64,000 nucleotides of DNA, from positions 1,043,435 through 1,107,434 of the forward strand of contig JBGAHS010000002.1 of assembly GCA_044226015.1 (NCBI GenBank). The letters are read 5' to 3'. The position numbers were made by a program, and so were the translations under genes. Source of the DNA: Candidatus Obscuribacteraceae bacterium. GTDB taxonomy: Bacteria > Cyanobacteriota > Vampirovibrionia > Obscuribacterales > Obscuribacteraceae. This document shows positions 19,235 through 28,006 of this stretch, piece by piece (within the stretch, counting starts at the first letter, position 1; each line of letters starts with the position of its first letter). The notes beneath the pieces were generated by a model. That model was not told where the DNA came from. It saw only the letters and a program-made list of their open reading frames with translations, and made no database searches.

Positions 19235-19837
19235 TTAGCTGATCAAATCTGCTAATTCGTCAGCGTGCTCTTCTTCGACCTCAAGAATCTCTTCAAGGAT
19301 GCGACGTGTTGTGGGGTCACACTCTGCCACAAATTGAATCATTTCACGATAGGAATCGATGGCAATTCTCTCTGCAACGAGATTCTCAAAAATCATCTCT
19401 TCGAGTGTTTTTACATCTTTGTATTCAGCGTGGCTCTTTTGGGTCAGCCGATCTGGATGCAAGTCAGGGTCGCCGCCAAGTTGTGTTATGCGCAATGCGA
19501 TTTTGTCAGCGTGGGCTTGCTCTTCGTTGGAGTGAGCGAGAAACTCTTCCGCGACAGGCTCGGAGTCCAAACCTTTGGCCATGAAGTAGTGCTTACGGTA
19601 GCGCAAGACACAGACCAACTCAGTAGCTAACGCTTCATTGAGTATTTTGATAACTGTCTCCTTGTCGCCGGTATAACCTTCAGTTACCGCGCCAGCTTTT
19701 ACGTTCTCTCTAGCTTGCTTGCGCAATTGTTCAACAGGCGTGAAGCTACCATTGTTCTTACACGTTTCCGGCTTGAAATCTTGCTGCCCTGGAACCTTGT
19801 TTCCTTCTACAGCCTCCGAACTTTTTGATTCCTTCAT
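19235..19837 (-). CDS. Ferritin-like diiron protein (bacterioferritin/DPS-like)
   Basis: NEALATE, EEQAHAD, AERIAIDSY, EEEHADEL. Confidence 0.92.
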   Translation of the reverse strand: MKESKSSEAVEGNKVPGQQDFKPETCKNNGSFTPVEQLRKQARENVKAGAVTEGYTGDKETVIKILNEALATELVCVLRYRKHYFMAKGLDSEPVAEEFLAHSNEEQAHADKIALRITQLGGDPDLHPDRLTQKSHAEYKDVKTLEEMIFENLVAERIAIDSYREMIQFVAECDPTTRRILEEILEVEEEHADELADLIS

Positions 19838-19879
19838 GGAATATTTCCTCCTTATGCAAATGTGATCCGTATTGCCAAT

Positions 19880-20890
19880 CTATCGGCGTGAGCTTGCTGG
19901 CGCCGGATTACCTGGCACCACTTTAGGCATTTCTTTCTCGCTAATTTTTGGGAACAGCTTATTCCTATTCACGTAGATGAGGATAGCTGCAATTGGTGTG
20001 CCTATTGCAATAGACAGAGTTGCCACCACTATCGCTACAATGATCCAGTTCAATTGAGCCTGAACCCGCGACAAGGGTTGCGCAACAGAGCCAATTGGCT
20101 CTTTCAGCTGAATGAGCGGTTCATGAAGTGATGAAATGGACTTCTGCATTTCGTGCAAATCATGACGCACGCCAGTCACTTGTGATTCCATGGCGTTCAA
20201 TTGGCTTTGCATGTCATCGATGCGCGAGTCAACTCCCGTCATCTTGTGCTGCAAGGAAACCATTGGAGGGTTCAGTCCAGCAATCGGACCTTCTAGCTTC
20301 ATAATTTGCTGCTGCAACTTAACAACCATGAGCTGCATATTCTCAATAGGACGCAACGCTTTCTTTATGGGATGAAACCCTTTGATGGGCGGCAGCGTAG
20401 GCGGCTCGAGGTCCTTCTCTGAGACTTCGACACCCGGTACAGAATTAGCAGCACGAGCCGTTTCCTTTGCCTGTTTTGAACTTGTTCCACTTAGCTGGAG
20501 TTTGGCATCAGAGCCAGTTTTCTTAGATTGCTTAGCCTTTTCCTTTTCAGCCTTTTCTTCGGCTTTCTCAGCGGCTTTGGCTTCTTTCTTCGCCTCTTTG
20601 AGCTGCGCTTTTGCAGCCTTTGCCTCCGATTTCGCCTCATCTTTTGCCGACTTAGCGCTATCTTTGCTTTCGTCTGACTGCTCCTTCATTGCATTGACCT
20701 CGGACTGAGAATTGTCCTCGGTTCCTGCATTTTTTTTGTCGCTATCGTCACCCTTTGCAATAAGCACTCTCGAATGATTTCCTTCATTCAAGTTTTGAGA
20801 TAACTGAGCTTGTGCGCTGCCAACAGCACAGGTCAGCGACAATAAAATGGCGCAATTAGCTAACAGTAGTTGTTTCGATTGCAACATCAT
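19880..20890 (-). CDS. Exported coiled-coil protein with a C-terminal TM anchor
   Basis: Signal peptide, A/K/E-rich segment, heptad-like region, hydrophobic C-terminal helix. Confidence 0.75.
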   Translation of the reverse strand: MMLQSKQLLLANCAILLSLTCAVGSAQAQLSQNLNEGNHSRVLIAKGDDSDKKNAGTEDNSQSEVNAMKEQSDESKDSAKSAKDEAKSEAKAAKAQLKEAKKEAKAAEKAEEKAEKEKAKQSKKTGSDAKLQLSGTSSKQAKETARAANSVPGVEVSEKDLEPPTLPPIKGFHPIKKALRPIENMQLMVVKLQQQIMKLEGPIAGLNPPMVSLQHKMTGVDSRIDDMQSQLNAMESQVTGVRHDLHEMQKSISSLHEPLIQLKEPIGSVAQPLSRVQAQLNWIIVAIVVATLSIAIGTPIAAILIYVNRNKLFPKISEKEMPKVVPGNPAPASSRR

Positions 20891-21626
20891 GATCCGCCTT
20901 TTTCTCCATGTTTAACCACTTCTGAGCACCACGAGTGTGCAGTCCAGCAATCGATGTAAAAATCGATGCTAGAAGGATGCCTCCAAAACAAACCGCTAGA
21001 GCTGCTCTGTAAGCTGGGGTGGGATCGCTTAAATGATAAGCTGACAAATAGCTCATACCAAACATTGCAATTACAAACACAACTGAACTCAACCAGCTAA
21101 GAGTGAATACAAGTTTCTCTCTACGGTCTTGCTCGTCCATAAGAGGTGGGTCTACTTCAATGGCGCCGAGTTTTTGCATAATTTTCTGAGACTCGAGCTC
21201 TTCTCGTTCTCTTTCGGCTTCGACTCCCACCCAGATTTTTCCACGAGTCATGTTTGACTCATGAATTTCATCTGCGCGCTCAGCAACGTCGCCTCGGGTC
21301 ACAGCTCCGAGCATTAGTCCTACATAACCGCCAGCACAAGCGCCGCTTACGGCAGCATACAGCCCTACGAAGAGATTCGTCGCCGTATGGAGTATGACGG
21401 TGCTACCCAAAGCAACCACTATTCCGATGGCTGCGCCAGAAATGACTGACTGCATTAGGAAGGCTAAACTATCTTCGGGGTACACATCATCTCTGAATGT
21501 CTGGGCATCGCGTTGGCGGCTGCCAAAAACAGATATTCTGGATGAATCAATTCCAGCTCCCTTCAAATCTTCGACGACCTGAGCAGCTACGCCGTAATCA
21601 TCGAATGCACCTGTTACTGTACTCAT
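20856..21626 (-). CDS. General-stress-protein-like membrane protein (YflT-like N-terminus, Gly-zipper TM)
   Basis: VTGAFDD...VEDLKGAGI...ISV N-terminus; GxxxG-rich TM segments. Confidence 0.65.
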   Translation of the reverse strand: MSTVTGAFDDYGVAAQVVEDLKGAGIDSSRISVFGSRQRDAQTFRDDVYPEDSLAFLMQSVISGAAIGIVVALGSTVILHTATNLFVGLYAAVSGACAGGYVGLMLGAVTRGDVAERADEIHESNMTRGKIWVGVEAEREREELESQKIMQKLGAIEVDPPLMDEQDRREKLVFTLSWLSSVVFVIAMFGMSYLSAYHLSDPTPAYRAALAVCFGGILLASIFTSIAGLHTRGAQKWLNMEKKADHDVAIETTTVS

Positions 21627-21961
21627 ACTGCCTCCTGGACATAATCGTCGCCAGCTTGATCAACTTCGCTCTGTAGCACTTCTTTTACTTTTTCTGCTTT
21701 CTGAGCCAATTCGCGGCTTTTTTCTGCCACAGCATCAGCCACTTGTTCGCTCTTGTTCTTCACGTTTTCAGCAATGTTTTTGCCTTTTTCTTTCAAGTCT
21801 TCTCTCAGTTCTTTACCGGACTTAGTAGCTGATAGGGCTCCTACTGCCATGCCTGCGCCCATTCCCGCCAGGATGCCCGCCACTGCACCAGCGGCGACAC
21901 CAGCATAGAACGCAACCTCTATCGCTTTACCGACGCCTACTTTCCAAAGATCTCCCAGCAT
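21623..21961 (-). CDS. YtxH-like protein
   Basis: Gly/Ala-rich TM followed by KSGKELREDLKEK; GGAGG RBS. Confidence 0.8.
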   Translation of the reverse strand: MLGDLWKVGVGKAIEVAFYAGVAAGAVAGILAGMGAGMAVGALSATKSGKELREDLKEKGKNIAENVKNKSEQVADAVAEKSRELAQKAEKVKEVLQSEVDQAGDDYVQEAV

Positions 21962-22025
21962 GTGATTTCTCCTCCCGCGGATGCACGCGAATTCATCTAC
22001 TTAATTGCCGACTTCGTAAATGCTT

Positions 22026-22050
22026 GGCGCAAGGATTACAGAATTGTTCC
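22026..22050 (-). promoter_or_regulatory. One-mismatch ECF-type promoter GGAAC-N17-GCC (YtxH to ferritin operon)
   Basis: Minus strand GGAAC aattctgtaatccttgc GCCAAG. Confidence 0.55.
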
Positions 22051-22085
22051 GTAAAACCCAAAAACGTGAATCCAAATGAATTCTC

Positions 22086-22110
22086 GGAACAGGAAAATTA
22101 GCTTTGCGTC
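22086..22110 (+). promoter_or_regulatory. ECF-type promoter GGAAC-N17-GTC (ABC1 kinase)
   Basis: GGAAC aggaaaattagctttgc GTCTGA. Confidence 0.75.
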
Positions 22111-22153
22111 TGAGCAGAAATCTAAACTAAACCCATTCTTGGCTGGAAATGAT

Positions 22154-23860
22154 ATGCACGACAAATTAGCGCTCAACTCAAAACACTTCAAACAATACAA
22201 AGAGATCGCTCCGCTTCTTCTCAAACTCTGGAAAGGAACTAATGCTGAGAAAGAGGATTCTGCTGTTGTACTGGATTCTTTGAAAGATGCGAGAATGACA
22301 AAAGCATTTTCGCCGCCTCAAATAATTGATGCAAGTCCAGCTCCGAGCATCTGGGCATTCGTTCAAGAAGTAGAAAAGCTGGGTCCAACATATATAAGGT
22401 TGGCACAGCTGTTGGCTCTGAGACCAAATCTATTGCCAATGAATTACATCGATGCAATTCCCCTACTTGGACAAAAGTCTGAAGCACTTTCATACCTTGA
22501 TGTGAAAGCTACAATAGAAAAAGAACTAGGCTACAGTTTAGATCTTGCCTTCCGCAGTGTGGAAGAACTTCCCATCGCAGTGTCCCCTTTCTATCAAATA
22601 CATAAGGCAATTACCCGCGAAGGAACAGAGGTCGTCGTAAAAGTTCAAAAGCCTGGCGTGAAAGAGAAGGTAGTCGATGACCTTGAAGCCATGAACGAAA
22701 TGGCTCAAATCTACGACAAATATTCTGGACCAGAAGAAGAGTTCGAAATTCAAGATGCTCTGCAAGATTTTCGTGCGACGATTTTAGCAGAACTAGATTA
22801 TCGCCAAGAAGCACATAATCTAAAAACAATGGCTAAGTACTTAAAACATCTGGATGGAATTATCATTCCATCACCGATAGATGGACTATCAGGAGAGAAA
22901 ATACTAACCGGACACTTCATCAAAGGCGAGTACTTGAACGAAGCAAACATGGTCGGATTGTTGAAATCAGAACGTGCAAAACTAGCAGAGCAAGTATTCA
23001 CGGCGTATCTTCAACAGTTCCTCGTTGACGGATTTGTTCATGCAGACCCATCACCGAAAAAATTACTGCTGACCAAGGAAGGTCGAGTAGCGCTCGTTAA
23101 CCTCTCAACAGTAGATCGCATCAATCCCTCTATACAAGCGAAACTCATACAGTTGCTTTTGTCCATCACGGAGGGACGTTCAGAACAAGCAACTCAGTTG
23201 ATACTATCTCTGTGTAAACGACGAAAGAACTTCGATGAAACCCGCTTTCGCCGAACGATCAGCGACATCGTCCTAACGCATAAAGATATTGCCCTCGAAC
23301 AATCACAGGTGGGCAGCATATTTCGAGGCATAATTCAAACGGCGGCTATGTATGGTGCGGCGTTACCGTGGGAACTCTCTGAATTGGGCACAATGCTGAT
23401 TAAGTTGGAATCAGTGGCTGGATTACTTGACCCGAAATTCGATTCAAATCAATTCCTAAAAAAGGCTGTAGGTCAAATCATGCAGAAGCACGTGCTTGAT
23501 GCACTCTCGCCAGCGCATGTTTTTCACACAGTAGTTGAAGCACTGGAGTTCGTAGAGAATTTGCCACAGCAAATTTCCCAGATACTGAATTCTCTCGCCA
23601 ATAACAACCTTGAAGTCACAGTCCATACAATCGACGAAGAAGTATTGATAGGCGGCTTCCAGAAAATTGCTAACCGCATTACCGTTGGCATTGTGCTTGC
23701 TGCCTTGATTATAGGGGCAGCAATGCTAATGCGTGTTCCAACTAATTTCACCATATTTGGGTATCCAGGACTGGCGATGATTTGTTTTCTCGCCGCTGCG
23801 GGTTTTGGATTTCTTCTGGTAATTGAAATCATATTTGGTGATCGCAAGAAGCATGGATAA
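22154..23860 (+). CDS. ABC1/UbiB/AarF family protein with degenerate kinase motifs and two C-terminal TM helices
   Basis: LGPTYIRLAQ, VVVKVQKPG, ELDYRQEA, DGFVHADP; start moved to 22154 because 22076 precedes the promoter. Confidence 0.88.
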   Translation: MHDKLALNSKHFKQYKEIAPLLLKLWKGTNAEKEDSAVVLDSLKDARMTKAFSPPQIIDASPAPSIWAFVQEVEKLGPTYIRLAQLLALRPNLLPMNYIDAIPLLGQKSEALSYLDVKATIEKELGYSLDLAFRSVEELPIAVSPFYQIHKAITREGTEVVVKVQKPGVKEKVVDDLEAMNEMAQIYDKYSGPEEEFEIQDALQDFRATILAELDYRQEAHNLKTMAKYLKHLDGIIIPSPIDGLSGEKILTGHFIKGEYLNEANMVGLLKSERAKLAEQVFTAYLQQFLVDGFVHADPSPKKLLLTKEGRVALVNLSTVDRINPSIQAKLIQLLLSITEGRSEQATQLILSLCKRRKNFDETRFRRTISDIVLTHKDIALEQSQVGSIFRGIIQTAAMYGAALPWELSELGTMLIKLESVAGLLDPKFDSNQFLKKAVGQIMQKHVLDALSPAHVFHTVVEALEFVENLPQQISQILNSLANNNLEVTVHTIDEEVLIGGFQKIANRITVGIVLAALIIGAAMLMRVPTNFTIFGYPGLAMICFLAAAGFGFLLVIEIIFGDRKKHG

Positions 23861-23901
23861 TAACTTTCAGCTCTGCGTAACTGCAAATTATTCGGATGAA
23901 T

Positions 23902-23936
23902 AAAGGAAAGGAGAGGCAACACCTCTCCTTTCCTTT
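23902..23936. terminator. Bidirectional terminator between convergent genes
   Basis: AAAGGAAAGGAGAGG caaca CCTCTCCTTTCCTTT, a perfect 15-bp stem. Confidence 0.75.
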
Positions 23937-23967
23937 CACTTTTAGCTTTCGCATTCCAACGATGCAT

Positions 23968-25077
23968 TTACTTTTTCGAGCCAGATTCGGCTTGAACTAA
24001 TTTAGGCTTTTTCACTCCAGCCTTTTCTACAACCAAGTCACCATCAGGCTTGCTAGTCAAAAACAGCGACTTGATTTGGACGAGGGCTCCTGTCTCGGCA
24101 GACTCACGAATTGCGTCCAGCACTTTGACGTCGTTCGCGCCCTCGTAACCATTTGGCACTGGCTCTTTGTTTTCCAAAATGCATTCAGAAAAATGTAAGA
24201 GCTCAGGTGCGAATTGATCTCGCTTTGGGGTCTTGTGTACTTCAGTCTTATCGTCCTTGGTTAGTTTGTATTCAAGTTCTACTTCGTAGTCATAAGCAGG
24301 CTCCATTGAAATAGCGCCATCAGTACCTACGATTTCATAACGAGACATACTCACAGCACCAAAGCTGCACATAAACGAGGCCAGTCTTTCATCAGGAAAT
24401 TTCAATATCACCGCCGCACTCTCCTCGATGTCTTTGAATCGACTGTCCTTACCGTATGTGACTTGTGCCATAACTTCTGTCGGCTCATCACCAAACAAGT
24501 ATCTCGCCGCATTCAAACAGTAGATACCGATATCATTTAGCGGTCCCCCACCTTTCTCTCCCTTGGTGCGAATGTTGTCCTCTTTGACTTGCAGCGTAAA
24601 AGTGGAGTTGAAGACTCGCGGGTCACCAATCTTGCCTGATTTGATCAGGTCAACAACAGTCATGTTTGTCTTTTCAAAGTGAAGTCTATAGGCAATCATC
24701 AACTTCACGTTGTTGCTTGAAGCGGCACGTATCATCTCAAGACACTCGGCTTCTGAAGTAGCCATAGGCTTCTCACAAAGCACGTGTATTCCTGCTTCAG
24801 CAGCCTTCACCGCGTACTCACGGTGCATATCATTTGGCAACGCAATATACACGGCATCAAATGCACCACTCTGTAGTGCTAAATCATACTCTTCGTAAGT
24901 CCAGTTCTTTTCCACCCCATACATTTTGCTGAGTTCGGAAACTTTTTCTGGACTGTCAGAAATAAATGCGGTCAGTTCGCATTTATCTTTCGCATGTCGA
25001 AACGCTGGTAGTACCGCAACTTGGGCTATGTGACCAAGCCCTACCACTGCGAATCGGACTTTTTTCTTATCTGACAT
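23968..25077 (-). CDS. Gfo/Idh/MocA oxidoreductase (glucose-fructose oxidoreductase-like)
   Basis: VVGLGHIA, VYIALPN, HVLCEKP, IAYRLHFE, GGPLNDIGIY. Confidence 0.93.
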   Translation of the reverse strand: MSDKKKVRFAVVGLGHIAQVAVLPAFRHAKDKCELTAFISDSPEKVSELSKMYGVEKNWTYEEYDLALQSGAFDAVYIALPNDMHREYAVKAAEAGIHVLCEKPMATSEAECLEMIRAASSNNVKLMIAYRLHFEKTNMTVVDLIKSGKIGDPRVFNSTFTLQVKEDNIRTKGEKGGGPLNDIGIYCLNAARYLFGDEPTEVMAQVTYGKDSRFKDIEESAAVILKFPDERLASFMCSFGAVSMSRYEIVGTDGAISMEPAYDYEVELEYKLTKDDKTEVHKTPKRDQFAPELLHFSECILENKEPVPNGYEGANDVKVLDAIRESAETGALVQIKSLFLTSKPDGDLVVEKAGVKKPKLVQAESGSKK

Positions 25078-25141
25078 AACAATTCCTCCACGAAACATTC
25101 AATCGAATGTTTTAAAGATCGCAATCCTTGATTCGAGAGCT

Positions 25142-25166
25142 GACGGCACGCTAGGAACCTGGTTCC
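25142..25166 (-). promoter_or_regulatory. ECF-type promoter GGAAC-N17-GTC (Gfo)
   Basis: Minus strand GGAAC caggttcctagcgtgcc GTCAGC. Confidence 0.75.
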
Positions 25167-25229
25167 TGCTGAGTTTTCCATGAGCGAAGAAAGACGCTGG
25201 CTTGCAAATACGTAATACGTAAATTGAAT

Positions 25230-25254
25230 GGAACTCAAAGCATAGAGCTCCGTC
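25230..25254 (+). promoter_or_regulatory. ECF-type promoter GGAAC-N17-GTC
   Basis: GGAAC tcaaagcatagagctcc GTCTTT. Confidence 0.75.
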
Positions 25255-25283
25255 TTTTCGAACACGAAACAGGTGAGGTCGCT

Positions 25284-25445
25284 ATGAGAATGAGAATGCC
25301 GGAATTTTTACGAAAAGATGATGATGCACGTCGTTTAGCCATATTTGGTGCGCTCGTAATTCTTTTTGGAATTTGTTACGAAACCGTAAATCTGACACAT
25401 CCGAATCAGATTGCGTCGAGCGGCAACAGAAGCTCGACTTATTAG
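25284..25445 (+). CDS. 53-aa single-TM small protein
   Basis: Own promoter motif, GAGG RBS and a downstream terminator. Confidence 0.65.
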   Translation: MRMRMPEFLRKDDDARRLAIFGALVILFGICYETVNLTHPNQIASSGNRSSTY

Positions 25446-25465
25446 AAGTGTTAGAACAAAAATGT

Positions 25466-25495
25466 AGGGCTGCAGAATTAGTGGCAGCCCTTTTT
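25466..25495 (+). terminator. Intrinsic terminator
   Basis: AGGGCTGC...GCAGCCCT TTTT. Confidence 0.7.
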
Positions 25496-25594
25496 CTTGC
25501 ATGTTACTCTTGAAATGGTGTCTGAAAGTCGCGAGAGACAAACTCTTGCGTAAATGCGCTTTTAAACGGGCGCTATTTTTTTTGTGGGTAGACT

Positions 25595-26638
25595 ATGGCA
25601 AGAATTAAAAGCACAATCAAAACTAACGAGTCCATCTTACTAAGCGATGAATACGCTAACAACTTCGAATTTCACATTCCGAGAGAATTTGTTGATCATC
25701 CACAAATGGGAGAATTCGACGAGTCGGGAGAAGAGGTCACTGCATTTTCTGAAGACGATGAGCAAAGCGAACTTGAAACCTCTTCAACCTACACATTTGT
25801 TTCAGGCACTGAAAATGATGGTGTAAAAACCTATCTGAAGAACATTGGTAGGCACAAACTTCTTGAAAAAGCGGAAGAAATAGCCTTAAGTAGAGCCGCT
25901 AAAACTGGTGACATGGAAGCCCGGTCAAAAATCATTCAGTCTAACCTACGCCTTGTTGTGAGCATCGCAAAACACTATCAAAATCGCGGCTTGAGTTTGC
26001 TCGATCTTATTCAGGAAGGTAATCTTGGACTGATGAAAGCTGTGGAAAAGTTTGATCCGAAAAAGGGCTTTAAATTCTCAACTTATGCGACATGGTGGAT
26101 CCGTCAAGCAATCGGTCGAGCTATTTCAAACGATGGGCGCACAATACGAATACCAGTTCATCTAAGCGAAGCAAAAAACAAAGTCTATAGAGCAGTAGAA
26201 ACACTAAGCAAAGACCTCGGACGGGCGCCGACTATAGAAGAGATAGCAGAGCTTACAAAAGTAAGAACAGAAACACTTAAACAGATATATCAAGCATTCA
26301 AAGATCCCCTTTCTCTCGATGGCAAAATACGAGACGACTTCGATGCAGATCTCAAAGATTTTGTAGCAGACAAAAACTCCCTGAAACCAGAGAAATTGGT
26401 CGAATCACGCATTTTGAAAAACAAAATAAGATCTTTACTTGAGCGCCTGAAATCGCAAGAACGCGAAGTCATTCAATTACGTTATGGTTTAGACGGAACG
26501 CAAACATTGACGCAAGAACAAATCGGCAAGCGTATGGGGTGCTCTCAACAACGAATTCGCCAGATAGAAAGTCGCGCTTTGCGGAAACTTGGACACGCCG
26601 CTACAGCTCGCAAGTTACTCGACGATTTAAACCATTAG
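25595..26638 (+). CDS. RNA polymerase sigma-70 factor, RpoD-like (group 2 type, no region 1.1)
   Basis: Region 1.2 [49 protein letters not shown]. Confidence 0.95.
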   Translation: MARIKSTIKTNESILLSDEYANNFEFHIPREFVDHPQMGEFDESGEEVTAFSEDDEQSELETSSTYTFVSGTENDGVKTYLKNIGRHKLLEKAEEIALSRAAKTGDMEARSKIIQSNLRLVVSIAKHYQNRGLSLLDLIQEGNLGLMKAVEKFDPKKGFKFSTYATWWIRQAIGRAISNDGRTIRIPVHLSEAKNKVYRAVETLSKDLGRAPTIEEIAELTKVRTETLKQIYQAFKDPLSLDGKIRDDFDADLKDFVADKNSLKPEKLVESRILKNKIRSLLERLKSQEREVIQLRYGLDGTQTLTQEQIGKRMGCSQQRIRQIESRALRKLGHAATARKLLDDLNH

Positions 26639-26994
26639 TCTTCAGCAACTCGTTTTTCGGTGAGAGCATAAGTCATCAGATAGCGCTTTTCAATGCATCG
26701 AGTACAAAACACACTTGATTGTCCGCGCGTATGACATGGAACAAGAATCTCGTTTTCGCATGCCTCGCAGCGAACTCTCACGCTGTTATCATGTGCAGAT
26801 TTACTTGCTCGCCTAATAACGAAGCAGCCCTCACAGGGCTTAGGTTCGACTGCCGATGTTTTAAGATGAAACAGCTCATCTTCGTCGGCACAATACAAAA
26901 ACTTTTGTTGGCAATTGCAGCACTTGTACAAGCGTTCCATAGAATCAGCCTTACCAGTCTGAAAAGTCACCCTCATCGGAAAATGCGTTTGCAT
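26635..26994 (-). CDS. Zinc-ribbon protein (zf-trcl-like plus CxxC-x17-CxxC domain); start may be 26940
   Basis: CCNC..F...E......PKPCEGC and CEAC-x17-CTRC. Confidence 0.75.
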   Translation of the reverse strand: MQTHFPMRVTFQTGKADSMERLYKCCNCQQKFLYCADEDELFHLKTSAVEPKPCEGCFVIRRASKSAHDNSVRVRCEACENEILVPCHTRGQSSVFCTRCIEKRYLMTYALTEKRVAED

Positions 26995-27147
26995 CGCCTA
27001 ATAATTATGTTGCAAACACTATTACTAGACAACCCGGGCAACCCCCAGAGATTATAGGCGAAACCCCTACATAGCTTTTTGCATGCAATTGATACCATTT
27101 AGTCACTGTAAAAAATCGGGCTGGCTGAGAAAATTGGAGAGAAGGTA

Positions 27148-27624
27148 ATGATGAGAAAAGCGCACTATTCGACTTTGTGGGAGTCTTATCTTCAATCTGT
27201 CAGATTAACCAGCGTTGATGGAAATTTGAGAACAGCTAGAGAAATTTTGGTTTCAGCCCTGAATGATGCTGAAGACTACAACGAACTAGACGAACGGATT
27301 GAGTGGTGTACATACGGAATTGCTGATGAGTGCAGGGCAAGAGGCGACATGCAGAGCGCAAGCCTACTCTACAAAAGACTCATCGAGACGAAAGAGAAAA
27401 TTTTTGGTGCAAACCATCCTAATGTTCTGGCCGGTTTTGAAAAACTTGCGATATCGCAATTGAAAGAAAACATCAGACTAGAAAAACACAATAAGTTTGA
27501 AACTAAATTCAACAAAAAAGAGAATGCGTTGAAGACCTTAGGCGACTCTATGGGTAGTGCATTTCCTTCGATTGGATATCTTGTCAACGCAGCAATGGAA
27601 AAGTTTCGCGGACTATCTCACTGA
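27148..27624 (+). CDS. Tetratricopeptide repeat protein
   Basis: LYKRLIETKEKIFGANHPNV (TPR_10/12-like); GGAG RBS. Confidence 0.75.
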   Translation: MMRKAHYSTLWESYLQSVRLTSVDGNLRTAREILVSALNDAEDYNELDERIEWCTYGIADECRARGDMQSASLLYKRLIETKEKIFGANHPNVLAGFEKLAISQLKENIRLEKHNKFETKFNKKENALKTLGDSMGSAFPSIGYLVNAAMEKFRGLSH

Positions 27625-28006
27625 ATGTAACTAAGCAAAAAAAAATCATATAGGGATCACCATATGATCGTCAGTGCTTCCATATAAATGTAGCGGAACT
27701 GGGATTACTTCCATGCTAGTTTGCCGATATAACTTAAAGCGTGTACCAGCTCTTCGACTATGTTCTGAACGAACGACGAGTTGAATTCTGGTGCAGATTA
27801 AAGACTAAATCTGCTTCGAGTTAAGTGAGAATTTTTGCCTTTGAGTGGATCGATAAAAACCAAAACCTTGCTCATTAAGGTGACCAGTCGCGCGATTGGT
27901 CGCCTTTTCGAGCATTGCGCCAGCAAACTAAGCTGTAGATCACCAGAATTTTGATTTTGAAATTGTTTACCGCCCTTTTTTGAAAACAGCACACGGAGTA
28001 TACAAA

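Noticed and set aside
25595..26638. This sigma factor as the reader of GGAAC-N17-GTC
   Set aside because: Its region 2.4 (WWIRQAI) and region 4.2 (RIRQIE) are RpoD-like, which predicts TTGACA/TATAAT-type recognition rather than an ECF-type promoter.
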